A DNA stretch of 64,000 nt, taken from the NCBI GenBank assembly GCA_949294555.1, contig CASFHP010000004.1, forward strand, positions 31,635 through 95,634. The letters run 5' to 3'. This DNA comes from an uncultured Eubacteriales bacterium (lineage in GTDB: Bacteria; Bacillota; Clostridia; TANB77; CAG-508). The position numbers and the translations under genes are program-made. The notes beneath the pieces were generated by a model. The model saw only the letters and a program-made list of their open reading frames with translations, was not told where the DNA came from and made no database searches. How positions within the stretch are numbered: the first letter of the stretch is position 1; each line of letters starts with the position of its first letter. Below are positions 19,564 to 27,410 of this stretch, one piece after another.

Positions 19564-20862
19564 TTGAATACAAAGGAAAAACTAGTAAGATACAAAAAGA
19601 ACAATGTTAGATTATTTCCCTTGTACAAAATGGTATCATGGGACTTACTGTTCTATTATCCAATCATATTTTTATTTTTGACACAAGTAAAAGGCTTTTC
19701 TGCAGCACAAGTATTATTTTCTGATGCTTTTTATACATTATCCAATACCTTATGGCAAATACCAGTCACAAGATTGGTAGATAGAGTTGGCAAAAAGAAT
19801 TCATTAATCGTCGGAAATATATTGTATACTTTAAGCATATTTTCAATGATTTTTATGCAAGAGTATTATGAATTGCTAATCATTCAATTTATATATGCAT
19901 TAGGATATTCTATAAAAGGCATTTGTGAAGCAAATATTCTATATGATTCTTTACCTGGAAGTAATAAACGAGGAAAGGTATTTTCTACAATTGATGGAAA
20001 ATCCTCTTCTTACTTCTATATATTTGAAGCCATTGCCTCTGCAATAGCTGGATTTACATTTGTTATTAATGGATATATTCCCATGGTATTATGTTTTATC
20101 TGCTGTACAATTGCAACCATTTTATCTTTTAAATTTAGACATACAGCAATTGTACAAAATAAAGTAGAACCAATTAGATTTACAGAATATATGGGACAAT
20201 TAAAAACATCTTTTACATATTTCTTAAAATCCAAAAGGATACGTTCTTTAATCATGTTTAATGCATTATTAATGGGAACAATAACAGGAATTGTTAATTT
20301 GAGAAGTAGTATATTAAACGAAATGCAGGTACCAGAACAATACTTTGGAATTATATTTGCTATTCTACAACTTGTTGCAGCTATATCTACAAGAAATACA
20401 GAAAGAATACAAGAAAATTTCAAAAATAAAACATTAGCTTGGTTAGGAATTCCAACTGTGGTATCTTGTATAGTTATTGGTTTTATTGGACGAGATCAAC
20501 TATCAAAATCGTCACTTATCTTAATCGTTGTGCTATTTGCAATTCAATATGCAATAAAAGGACCATATATTGGATTAATCACAAGGTACTTGAATAATTT
20601 TACCAATAGGAATATACGCCCTAAGATATCTGCATTGCGATATTTAACAGCCAACTTAGCAACAGCCATAATTTCACTAATATGTTCAGGATTATTGTCA
20701 ATTACCACAACAGCGAATACATTTATTATTATCGGATGTTTAACAACAATAGGCATAATCTTATTATTAGATTTTATGAAAGACAAAGTGGGGCTACAAC
20801 CAGAAGAATATAGTGAAGAAGATATCAAATATAGTATTAATCGACCAGAAAAACGAAATTGA
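19564..20862 (+). CDS. MFS-type transporter
   Basis: 432 aa with about 12 TM helices, and a TTG start behind an AAGGAGGAG SD. The substrate is unknown. Confidence 0.7.
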   Translation: MNTKEKLVRYKKNNVRLFPLYKMVSWDLLFYYPIIFLFLTQVKGFSAAQVLFSDAFYTLSNTLWQIPVTRLVDRVGKKNSLIVGNILYTLSIFSMIFMQEYYELLIIQFIYALGYSIKGICEANILYDSLPGSNKRGKVFSTIDGKSSSYFYIFEAIASAIAGFTFVINGYIPMVLCFICCTIATILSFKFRHTAIVQNKVEPIRFTEYMGQLKTSFTYFLKSKRIRSLIMFNALLMGTITGIVNLRSSILNEMQVPEQYFGIIFAILQLVAAISTRNTERIQENFKNKTLAWLGIPTVVSCIVIGFIGRDQLSKSSLILIVVLFAIQYAIKGPYIGLITRYLNNFTNRNIRPKISALRYLTANLATAIISLICSGLLSITTTANTFIIIGCLTTIGIILLLDFMKDKVGLQPEEYSEEDIKYSINRPEKRN

Positions 20863-20880
20863 AAAGATTAGAAAGTACTA

Positions 20881-20909
20881 TTGAAAAAGTAATTAATATA
20901 TGGTAAAAT
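20881..20909 (+). promoter_or_regulatory. Sigma-A type promoter of the ABC-F leader
   Basis: TTGAAA, a 17-nt spacer, then TAAAAT with a TGG extended -10. Confidence 0.5.
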
Positions 20910-20947
20910 AATAAAGAATTAAAACGAAAGGTTAAATTGGTGAAAAA

Positions 20948-20983
20948 ATGATGATTATTAATAAACTAAAAAATTTAAAATAA
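20948..20983 (+). CDS. Candidate 11-aa leader peptide MMIINKLKNLK
   Basis: A short ORF upstream of an ARE ABC-F gene. Its codons 3-7 form the 5' arm of a 15-bp stem. Confidence 0.5.
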   Translation: MMIINKLKNLK

Positions 20984-21117
20984 GATATAATCATATTTTA
21001 GAATAGTTTATTAATAATGCAAATTTTAATGTCATGGAATATGACAATCAATTTAATATTGGATTGTAAATTATTATATAATAAACCTCTTCTTTAATAT
21101 GATTAAAGGAGGGGTTT
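20954..21117 (+). promoter_or_regulatory. Ribosome-dependent attenuator (alternative hairpins, the last one sequestering the SD)
   Basis: 20954-20968 pairs 15/15 with 21004-21018. 21083-21098 pairs with 21102-21117 (16 bp, 2 G:U) and covers the AAAGGAGG SD of the ABC-F gene. Confidence 0.6.
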
Positions 21118-21118
21118 T

Positions 21119-22708
21119 ATGGTATTAGAATTAAAAAATATTTCAAAATATTATGGAGACAGAAAAATATTAGAAATTAAAAATTTAAAAATATATGAAA
21201 ATGAAAAAATAGGAATTGTAGGACAAAATGGTTCTGGAAAAACAACATTACTCAATATTATTTCTGGAGCATTAAAACCAGATACAGGAGAGATTATTAG
21301 AAAACAAAAGATATTATATCTTGAACAATTTGAAGAAACAAACAATGAAAATATAAACTTAAGTGGCGGAGAGAAGAAAAAGAAAGCATTTAATCAAAAA
21401 ATATTAAAACAAACAGGCATATTGCTAATTGATGAGCCATCAAGCAACTTAGATGAAAATGGAATACAGTATATAAAAAAAGAATTAAAAAAATACAATG
21501 GTACCATTCTTATCATATCTCATGACAGAAGTTTATTAGATGAAATCTGTACAGGGATTATTGAAATAAAAGATGGTAAAGTAAGAAAATATGATGGAAA
21601 TTATGCTAGTTATAAAATGCAAAAAGAAGCAGAAATCAAAAGACAACAATTTGAATATAGACAATACATCGAAGAAAAAAATAGATTACAAAAAGCAATT
21701 ATGATTTCTAAAAATACAGCAAAAGAAATTAGAAAAACACCAAAACGAATGGGAAACTCTGAAGCAAGACTTCATAAAAGAGGTGTTGAAAATGTAAGAG
21801 AAAAACTAGAAGGACATACAAATGCATTAAAAACAAGACTAGAAAAGTTAGAAGAAAAAGAAAAACCACATACCAATTCACAAATATATATGCAATATCA
21901 AACAGAAACAAGTATAAAAAGTAAAATTGCTATTGATATACAAAACTTAACATTACAATTAGGGAAAAAATCTCTATTAGAGAATGCAAGTTGTGTTATA
22001 AAAACCAATCATAAAACAGCATTAATAGGAGAAAATGGGGTAGGAAAAACAACTTTAATTAATGAAATTATCAAAAATACTGACAAATCTATCAAAATAA
22101 ATCCAGGTATAAAAATAGGCTATTTTAGCCAAGACTTTACAAACTTGAATTTTCAAAAATCTGTTATAGAAAATGTCATGCAAGATACAAATCAGTCAGA
22201 AAAAGTGGTAAAAAATGTATTAGCAAACCTTCTATTTAAAGATAAAGATATTAATAAGAAAATAGAAAATTTAAGTGGAGGAGAACGCGTAAAAGCTTCT
22301 ATTGCTAAAATATTAGTGTCAGAAAATAATATGTTAATTTTAGATGAACCAACTAATTTTTTAGATATAGAATCTATTGAAAGCTTGGAAAAATTGCTAA
22401 AAGAATATAATGGAACGATTTTATTTGTCACACATGATAAAGCATTTATTGACAATATAGCAACAGATATCTTGCTTATAAAAAATCACGAAATTATCGA
22501 ACATGAAGGAAACTATACAAGTTATTTGCAGTATCAAGAAGAAAAATCAAAGAAAAAGGAAACATATACTGAAAACAATAAATTATTATTAGATTTCAAA
22601 TTGTCACAAATCAGTTCAGAATTATCTATTACAAAAGATGAAGAGAGAAAAAAGGAATTGGAAGAAGAATTTAATCGATTAATACAATTACGAAATTTGA
22701 CGGATTAG
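21119..22708 (+). CDS. Vga-type ARE ABC-F ribosomal protection protein
   Basis: There are two NBDs (GQNGSGKTTLL/LSGGEKKK/LLIDEP and GENGVGKTTLI/LSGGERVK/LILDEP). The first NBD is short and the inter-domain linker is long and basic, with no TM domain, giving the same overall layout as Vga(A). Confidence 0.85.
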   Translation: MVLELKNISKYYGDRKILEIKNLKIYENEKIGIVGQNGSGKTTLLNIISGALKPDTGEIIRKQKILYLEQFEETNNENINLSGGEKKKKAFNQKILKQTGILLIDEPSSNLDENGIQYIKKELKKYNGTILIISHDRSLLDEICTGIIEIKDGKVRKYDGNYASYKMQKEAEIKRQQFEYRQYIEEKNRLQKAIMISKNTAKEIRKTPKRMGNSEARLHKRGVENVREKLEGHTNALKTRLEKLEEKEKPHTNSQIYMQYQTETSIKSKIAIDIQNLTLQLGKKSLLENASCVIKTNHKTALIGENGVGKTTLINEIIKNTDKSIKINPGIKIGYFSQDFTNLNFQKSVIENVMQDTNQSEKVVKNVLANLLFKDKDINKKIENLSGGERVKASIAKILVSENNMLILDEPTNFLDIESIESLEKLLKEYNGTILFVTHDKAFIDNIATDILLIKNHEIIEHEGNYTSYLQYQEEKSKKKETYTENNKLLLDFKLSQISSELSITKDEERKKELEEEFNRLIQLRNLTD

Positions 22709-22753
22709 ATAAAAAACAATATAATGTAGGAAACAAAGGAAAAGGTGATAAAG

Positions 22754-23191
22754 ATGATTAGAAAAATAAGAGAAGAGGATTTAACAAATGTAATGACATT
22801 ATGGGTAAAGGGAAACTTTAAAGCCAATAGTTTCATAGAAAAAGACTACTGGTTAGAAATCTATAATCAAGTAAAAGCAGACTTTTTGGAAAATTTTAAA
22901 ACCTATATATATGTAGAAAATGAAGAAATTTTAGGATTTATTTCTATTCATGATGATGAAATTAAAGCAATATGTGTCAAAGAAGAAAATAGAAGAAATG
23001 GAATTGGAACAAAATTAGTAAATTATTGTAGAGATAATCTTGAAGAAAATGAAGAACTCTATATAAAAATTTTTGAAAAAAATATGAATGGTATCTTGTT
23101 TTTTTCAAAATTACAATTTAAAAATAGTAAAGTACAATTAAATGAACAATTTAATGAAACAGAATATGTTATGACATGGAAAAAAGAATAA
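22754..23191 (+). CDS. GNAT-family N-acetyltransferase
   Basis: The acetyl-CoA motif RRNGIGTKLV is present and the protein is about 145 aa. ATG 22754 is preferred over GTG 22745. Confidence 0.75.
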   Translation: MIRKIREEDLTNVMTLWVKGNFKANSFIEKDYWLEIYNQVKADFLENFKTYIYVENEEILGFISIHDDEIKAICVKEENRRNGIGTKLVNYCRDNLEENEELYIKIFEKNMNGILFFSKLQFKNSKVQLNEQFNETEYVMTWKKE

Positions 23192-23201
23192 TTTTAAAGA
23201 T

Positions 23202-23247
23202 AAAGATAAAGTATAAAATATTAAAAATACTTTATCTTTTATTTTTA
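23202..23247 (+). terminator. Rho-independent terminator
   Basis: The stem AAAGATAAAGTAT/ATACTTTATCTTT is followed by a T-rich tail. Confidence 0.7.
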
Positions 23248-23313
23248 CATATTAACGATTATAATATCTTAAGAAAAATTTAATAATTCATAAAAAAATA
23301 CTTAATAAATACC

Positions 23314-23342
23314 TGATATACTAAAAATTACAAAGATGTAAG
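23314..23342 (+). promoter_or_regulatory. Extended -10 promoter (TGATATACT) plus the TTACA-N4-TGTAA palindrome
   Basis: A near-identical block is found at 25115-25142. Confidence 0.4.
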
Positions 23343-23434
23343 ATAAAAAATAATGTAAAATGCATACAATTTAGGAAAAATGTGGTATAATATATATGTT
23401 ATAGTTTATTTTAACATAAACAGAAAGGATAAAA

Positions 23435-24166
23435 ATGAGCAGAAAAAGTAAGATAAAAATATTGAGAATACTATTAGCAATCATTGCTGTTGCAATTATA
23501 ATAGGGGTTATCATTTATTTGGTACCAGTTATGAAAAATTTAAGCACAGTCGAAGGGCAAGAAGCATTTAGAAATAAAGTAAATGATTCTGGATTTATTG
23601 GATTACTTATGTTATTTGGTTTACAAGTAGCACAAATATTTTTAATTATATTACCAGGAGAACCGATAGAAATATTAGCAGGTATGTGTTATGGAGGCTG
23701 GGGAGGCTTATTGTTTATAACTGTATCTGTATGTATTCTTACAACAGCTATATTCTTTATGGTTAGAAAATTGGGAAGAAGATTTGTTTATGATATTTGT
23801 GATGAAGAAAAAGTAAAGAAAATTGAAAATAGTAAACTATTTAAAAATCCTAAAAAAATTGAATGGATAATGATTATATTATTTATGATACCAGGAACGC
23901 CAAAAGATTTATTAGTATATATTGCAGGCTTATTACCAATAAAACCATTAAGATTTATCTTAATATCAACATTTGCAAGATTACCATCAGTTGTATCCTC
24001 AACATTTGCAGGAAATACGTTAATGAAAGGAGATTGGCAATCCAGTTTAGTTATATATGCTATCACATTTATACTAGTTGGAATTATCGTATTTATTGCT
24101 AACAAATTTGATAAAAGTAAAACAACCGAAGAAGCATTAAAATCCATACAAAAAGATATAAAATAG
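23435..24166 (+). CDS. TVP38/TMEM64 (DedA-related) family membrane protein
   Basis: 243 aa and multi-TM, with LPGEPIEILAGM and the later IPGTPKDLLVYIAG repeat typical of this family. Confidence 0.8.
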   Translation: MSRKSKIKILRILLAIIAVAIIIGVIIYLVPVMKNLSTVEGQEAFRNKVNDSGFIGLLMLFGLQVAQIFLIILPGEPIEILAGMCYGGWGGLLFITVSVCILTTAIFFMVRKLGRRFVYDICDEEKVKKIENSKLFKNPKKIEWIMIILFMIPGTPKDLLVYIAGLLPIKPLRFILISTFARLPSVVSSTFAGNTLMKGDWQSSLVIYAITFILVGIIVFIANKFDKSKTTEEALKSIQKDIK

Positions 24167-24191
24167 AAAGAAAGGAAATAAGGGGAAATAT

Positions 24192-24740
24192 ATGAATGAA
24201 GTATTAACATCTAAAACTACGAAAGATAAAATAATAGAATATATAATATATTTTTTCATATATTCTTTTATAGGATGGTTGATAGAAACCATTTATGCTT
24301 TATTTGTACATGGTTATTTTGTAAAAAGAGGATTTCTATTTGGACCAATTTGTCCAATTTATGGCTTTGGAGCAGTATTACTATTATTAGCAACAAAAAA
24401 ACTATACAAAAAGCCGTTTTTGAAATTTTTAATTGCAACCATTGCTTTTACCTTATTTGAATATATGGTTTCTTTTATATTAGAAATGTTATTTGGATTA
24501 AGATGGTGGGATTACTCAAATGACTTTTTAAATATCCAAGGAAGAGTTAGTTTATTATACTCTATATTTTGGGGTGTTATCGGACTAATATTATTAGAAA
24601 AATTACACCCATACATACAAGATAAAATACAGAAAATAACCAAAGGAAACACAAATAATATTCAGAAAATTGTTTGTTTGGTTCTTGTTATTATATTAAT
24701 AGTAGATACTGTTTTTTCAGTGCTAAAATATCTACATTAA
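24192..24740 (+). CDS. PF06541-type (CmpB-like, putative ABC-transporter type IV) membrane protein, paralogue 1
   Basis: Motifs YSFIGWLIETIY, FLFGPICPIYGFGAV and RWWDYS are present. Confidence 0.75.
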   Translation: MNEVLTSKTTKDKIIEYIIYFFIYSFIGWLIETIYALFVHGYFVKRGFLFGPICPIYGFGAVLLLLATKKLYKKPFLKFLIATIAFTLFEYMVSFILEMLFGLRWWDYSNDFLNIQGRVSLLYSIFWGVIGLILLEKLHPYIQDKIQKITKGNTNNIQKIVCLVLVIILIVDTVFSVLKYLH

Positions 24741-24745
24741 TTTAT

Positions 24746-25047
24746 GTCCAATTGGGGACGTTTCTTTTTGAGACATTTTTATGTTAATATTAGTTTCTTA
24801 AATAATAAATAATGTATATCATATTTTATTCATTAAATGGCTATCATTACAAAATAAACAAATTATAATCTTATCAAGTGTAAAATCGCTGGCGCACCGC
24901 GACTTTTCCACTTGATAAGATAACAATTTGTAATATTCTTCCATTTGCACATTTAATTTCATAAAATATGATATACATTATTTATAGTTAGTAGCTTGAT
25001 ATGTTAACATAAAAATGTCTCGAAAAGAAACGTCTCTAATTGGACAA
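24746..25047 (+). repeat. Giant nested hairpin, copy B (core 24822-24970)
   Basis: 24746-24788 pairs with 25005-25047 over 43 positions; the 3 non-Watson-Crick pairs are all G:U in the + sense. The inner stem 24806-24828 pairs 23/23 with 24964-24986. Confidence 0.85.
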
Positions 25048-25114
25048 TTTAATTTTTCTTAAGAATTTATTCAAATAAATTTAAGAAACCCTAAAAGTAT
25101 TATTAAGATTTGCA

Positions 25115-25142
25115 TGATATATTAAAATTACAAAAATGTAAT
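25115..25142 (+). promoter_or_regulatory. Extended -10 promoter (TGATATATT) plus the TTACA-N4-TGTAA palindrome
   Basis: A paralogous block is found at 23314-23342, and further ATGTAA repeats lie downstream. Confidence 0.4.
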
Positions 25143-25213
25143 AGAAATGTAAGACAAAACAATTTGAACAAAGTAAGATGTCGTGTAAAATGATAATATA
25201 AGGGGTGGAGCAA

Positions 25214-25858
25214 ATGAAAAAAGAAAAATGGATAAATGAATGGATAAAATTATTCTGGGTATTCATTATTGGAAGTTTAATTGGATATGTTGTAGAAATG
25301 ATTGTAGGTTTAGTTCAAAATGGGCATTTTGTTTCAAGACAGGGACTACTATTTGGACCATTTGCACAAGTCTATGGATTAGGAATTTTGGCATATTATT
25401 TGATTGTTCCAAAAATTAAAGGTGGCTATGTAAAAATCTTTTTTGTCACAATGATATTAGGTGGCACTGTAGAATACTTATGTTCTTATTTTCAAGAGTT
25501 ATTATTTGGAACAATATCATGGGATTATTCTCACTTATGGTTTAATATAAATGGTAGGACAAGTTTATTGCATTGTACATATTGGGGAATAGGAGGCGTA
25601 TTGTTTATGAAATATGTATTGCCTATCATCAATCACATAGATAAAATTATTAAAAATCAATATTTTAGAACTATAACTGCATTATTTGCAATATTTATGA
25701 TATTTAACATATCTGTATCTTCAATGGCGGCTATTAGACAGGATGAAAGAAATCGTCAAATTGCTGCTTCAAATAATATTGATGTGTTTTTTGATAAATA
25801 TTATTCTGATGAAGTTATGGACACGATATACGAAAATAAAATAGAAGTGAAAAAATAG
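25214..25858 (+). CDS. PF06541-type membrane protein, paralogue 2
   Basis: Motifs IGSLIGYVVEMI, LLFGPFAQVYGLG and SWDYS are present. ATG 25214 sits behind an AAGGGGTGGAG SD. Confidence 0.75.
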   Translation: MKKEKWINEWIKLFWVFIIGSLIGYVVEMIVGLVQNGHFVSRQGLLFGPFAQVYGLGILAYYLIVPKIKGGYVKIFFVTMILGGTVEYLCSYFQELLFGTISWDYSHLWFNINGRTSLLHCTYWGIGGVLFMKYVLPIINHIDKIIKNQYFRTITALFAIFMIFNISVSSMAAIRQDERNRQIAASNNIDVFFDKYYSDEVMDTIYENKIEVKK

Positions 25859-25912
25859 GAAATAGGAATACTAAAATTGACATTATGTAAATAAAATTTC
25901 TGTCAAGCAACA

Positions 25913-25942
25913 GGCACCACCAGTTATAGGTGGTGCTTTTGC
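25913..25942 (+). terminator. Rho-independent terminator
   Basis: The GC-rich stem GGCACCACC/GGTGGTGC is followed by TTTTGC. Confidence 0.75.
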
Positions 25943-25947
25943 TTGTG

Positions 25948-25996
25948 TAGGAAAAATCGAGTTTTTCCTATATAAGCACATCGCTTTGCTCTAACG
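25948..25996 (+). repeat. Intergenic repeat family R2 (TAGGAAAAAT..ATTTTTCCTA hairpin plus a conserved tail)
   Basis: It is similar to 48281-48331 and 38651-38687. The hairpin alone recurs, inverted, at 38078-38097. Confidence 0.5.
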
Positions 25997-26070
25997 ATTG
26001 CACACAAATTTTATTCTATCATGAAAAAACATCAAACATTATTTACATAAAATCATATTATATATAGAAG

Positions 26071-26136
26071 TTTAACCTTATTGTATGCGGAAAATCTACA
26101 TAGGGCAATATAAAAGCCGATTTTTCCTTCAATAAG
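26071..26136 (+). repeat. Intergenic repeat family R1 (hairpin with a conserved loop of about 23 nt)
   Basis: It aligns with 40020-40097, sharing TTAACCTT..CGGAAAA(A)TC-ACATAGGG.AA.ATAAAAG-CGATTTTTCC. Confidence 0.55.
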
Positions 26137-26169
26137 AAAACGACAAGAAAACTGAAAGGAGGAATTTAT

Positions 26170-26748
26170 TTGGATGTTAAAGGTAAAAAAATAGGATTTG
26201 CTTTAACAGGCTCGTTTTGTACATTTCAAAAAGTGTTACCAAAAATGAAAGAACTCATCAAAAAAGAAGCAGAAATTGTACCAATTATGTCATTTAATAG
26301 TTATGAGTTAGACACAAAATTTGGTAAAGCAAAAGACTTTATTAAAGAAATAGAAGAAATGACAGGAAAAGAAATTATCCATACTATTCCAGGTGCAGAA
26401 CCAATTGGTCCTAAAAAAATGACAGACATTATGATAATTGCACCATGTTCTGGAAATACAATGTCAAAATTAGCTTGTGATATTATAGATACACCTGCTA
26501 CAATGGCAGCTAAATCGCATTTAAGAAATAATAGACCACTGGTTATTGCACCTTCGACAAATAATGGATTAAGTGGAAATGCTGAAAATATAGGAAGACT
26601 GCTTAATAGGAAAAATTATTACTTCGTACCATTTAAGCAGGATAACCCCATAACCAAGCCAAGGTCTATCGTATTTGACGCAGAATACATCATAAAAACA
26701 ATAGAATATGCACTAGAAGGAGAACAGATTAGTCCTATACTAATTTAG
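26170..26748 (+). CDS. dpaB: Dipicolinate synthase subunit B (SpoVFB-type flavoprotein)
   Basis: Motifs GKKIGFALTGSFCTF, IIAPCSGNTMSKLA, DTPATMAAKSHLRNNRPLV and YFVPFKQDNP match the SpoVFB pattern throughout. It has a TTG start behind an AAAGGAGGAA SD. Confidence 0.85.
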   Translation: MDVKGKKIGFALTGSFCTFQKVLPKMKELIKKEAEIVPIMSFNSYELDTKFGKAKDFIKEIEEMTGKEIIHTIPGAEPIGPKKMTDIMIIAPCSGNTMSKLACDIIDTPATMAAKSHLRNNRPLVIAPSTNNGLSGNAENIGRLLNRKNYYFVPFKQDNPITKPRSIVFDAEYIIKTIEYALEGEQISPILI

Positions 26749-26777
26749 AAAAAACAAACATTTTTTTGCAAAACCTA

Positions 26778-26829
26778 TTGACAAAGAATAAATGTTCGTA
26801 TATAATACAAACATAGCGAACATTTATTC
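26778..26829 (+). promoter_or_regulatory. Consensus sigma-A promoter overlapped by two LexA (Cheo-box-like) sites
   Basis: TTGACA (26778-83), a 17-nt spacer, then TATAAT (26801-06). GAATAAATGTTCG (26786-98) and CGAACATTTATTC (26817-29) each differ by one base from GAAC-N4-GTTC. Confidence 0.6.
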
Positions 26830-26846
26830 ATCAAGGAGGGGTTGTT

Positions 26847-27152
26847 ATGAAAAATATAAGAATTATTAATAAACATAAATTTATCAGAACAATTGTTATT
26901 TTAGGAATTTTGATAGGAGCTGTCATATCTGTGTTCAACAATCGAGCATATTCTAATACAGAAGAAAAATACAAAACAGAATATGTTGTAAAAGGAGAAA
27001 CGCTATGGGGGATTGCGGAAAAAGAAATACAAGAAAATCCTTATTTTGAAAATGAAGATATTCAAAATGTCATATTAGAAATAAAAAAGCAAAATCATAT
27101 GACAACAAGTGACTTAAAAGAAGGAATGGAATTAAAAATTCCAACTTATTAG
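26847..27152 (+). CDS. YneA-like SOS cell-division inhibitor (N-terminal TM plus LysM domain)
   Basis: 101 aa, with a TM helix followed by the LysM sequence YVVKGETLWGIAEKE...LKEGMELKIP. LexA boxes lie in its promoter. Confidence 0.65.
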   Translation: MKNIRIINKHKFIRTIVILGILIGAVISVFNNRAYSNTEEKYKTEYVVKGETLWGIAEKEIQENPYFENEDIQNVILEIKKQNHMTTSDLKEGMELKIPTY

Positions 27153-27179
27153 AGTGTAATATTATAAATAGTATTTAAC

Positions 27180-27311
27180 AAAAAACGGGGCAAATGATTT
27201 GATTTACAAATCTTATACGTTTCTTGCTAGACCTTAAATTAATATAATAAATGTTAAAAAATAGAGAAAAGGTCTAGAGAAGCTAGATTTGTTCAACTTG
27301 CCTCGTTTTTT
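27180..27311. other. 132-nt compound hairpin (terminator-like, flanked by an A-run and a T-run)
   Basis: The outer stem 27180-27193/27298-27311 is 14 bp with 1 G:U. The inner stem CTAGACCTT/AAGGTCTAG lies at 27227-35/27259-67. Confidence 0.55.
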
Positions 27312-27410
27312 CTATTGTATATATTTATTTTTTATGATAAAATTTTTAAAGAGGCAGAAAAAACATATTTTCTTCTGCCAGACTTGTAGTTAATGAAAGG
27401 AATGATAAAA

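Noticed and set aside
22754-23191. The GNAT next to the ABC-F gene could be a second antibiotic-resistance determinant.
   Set aside because: Streptogramin acetyltransferases (Vat) belong to the hexapeptide-repeat family, not to GNATs. Nothing in the sequence ties this GNAT to a drug substrate.
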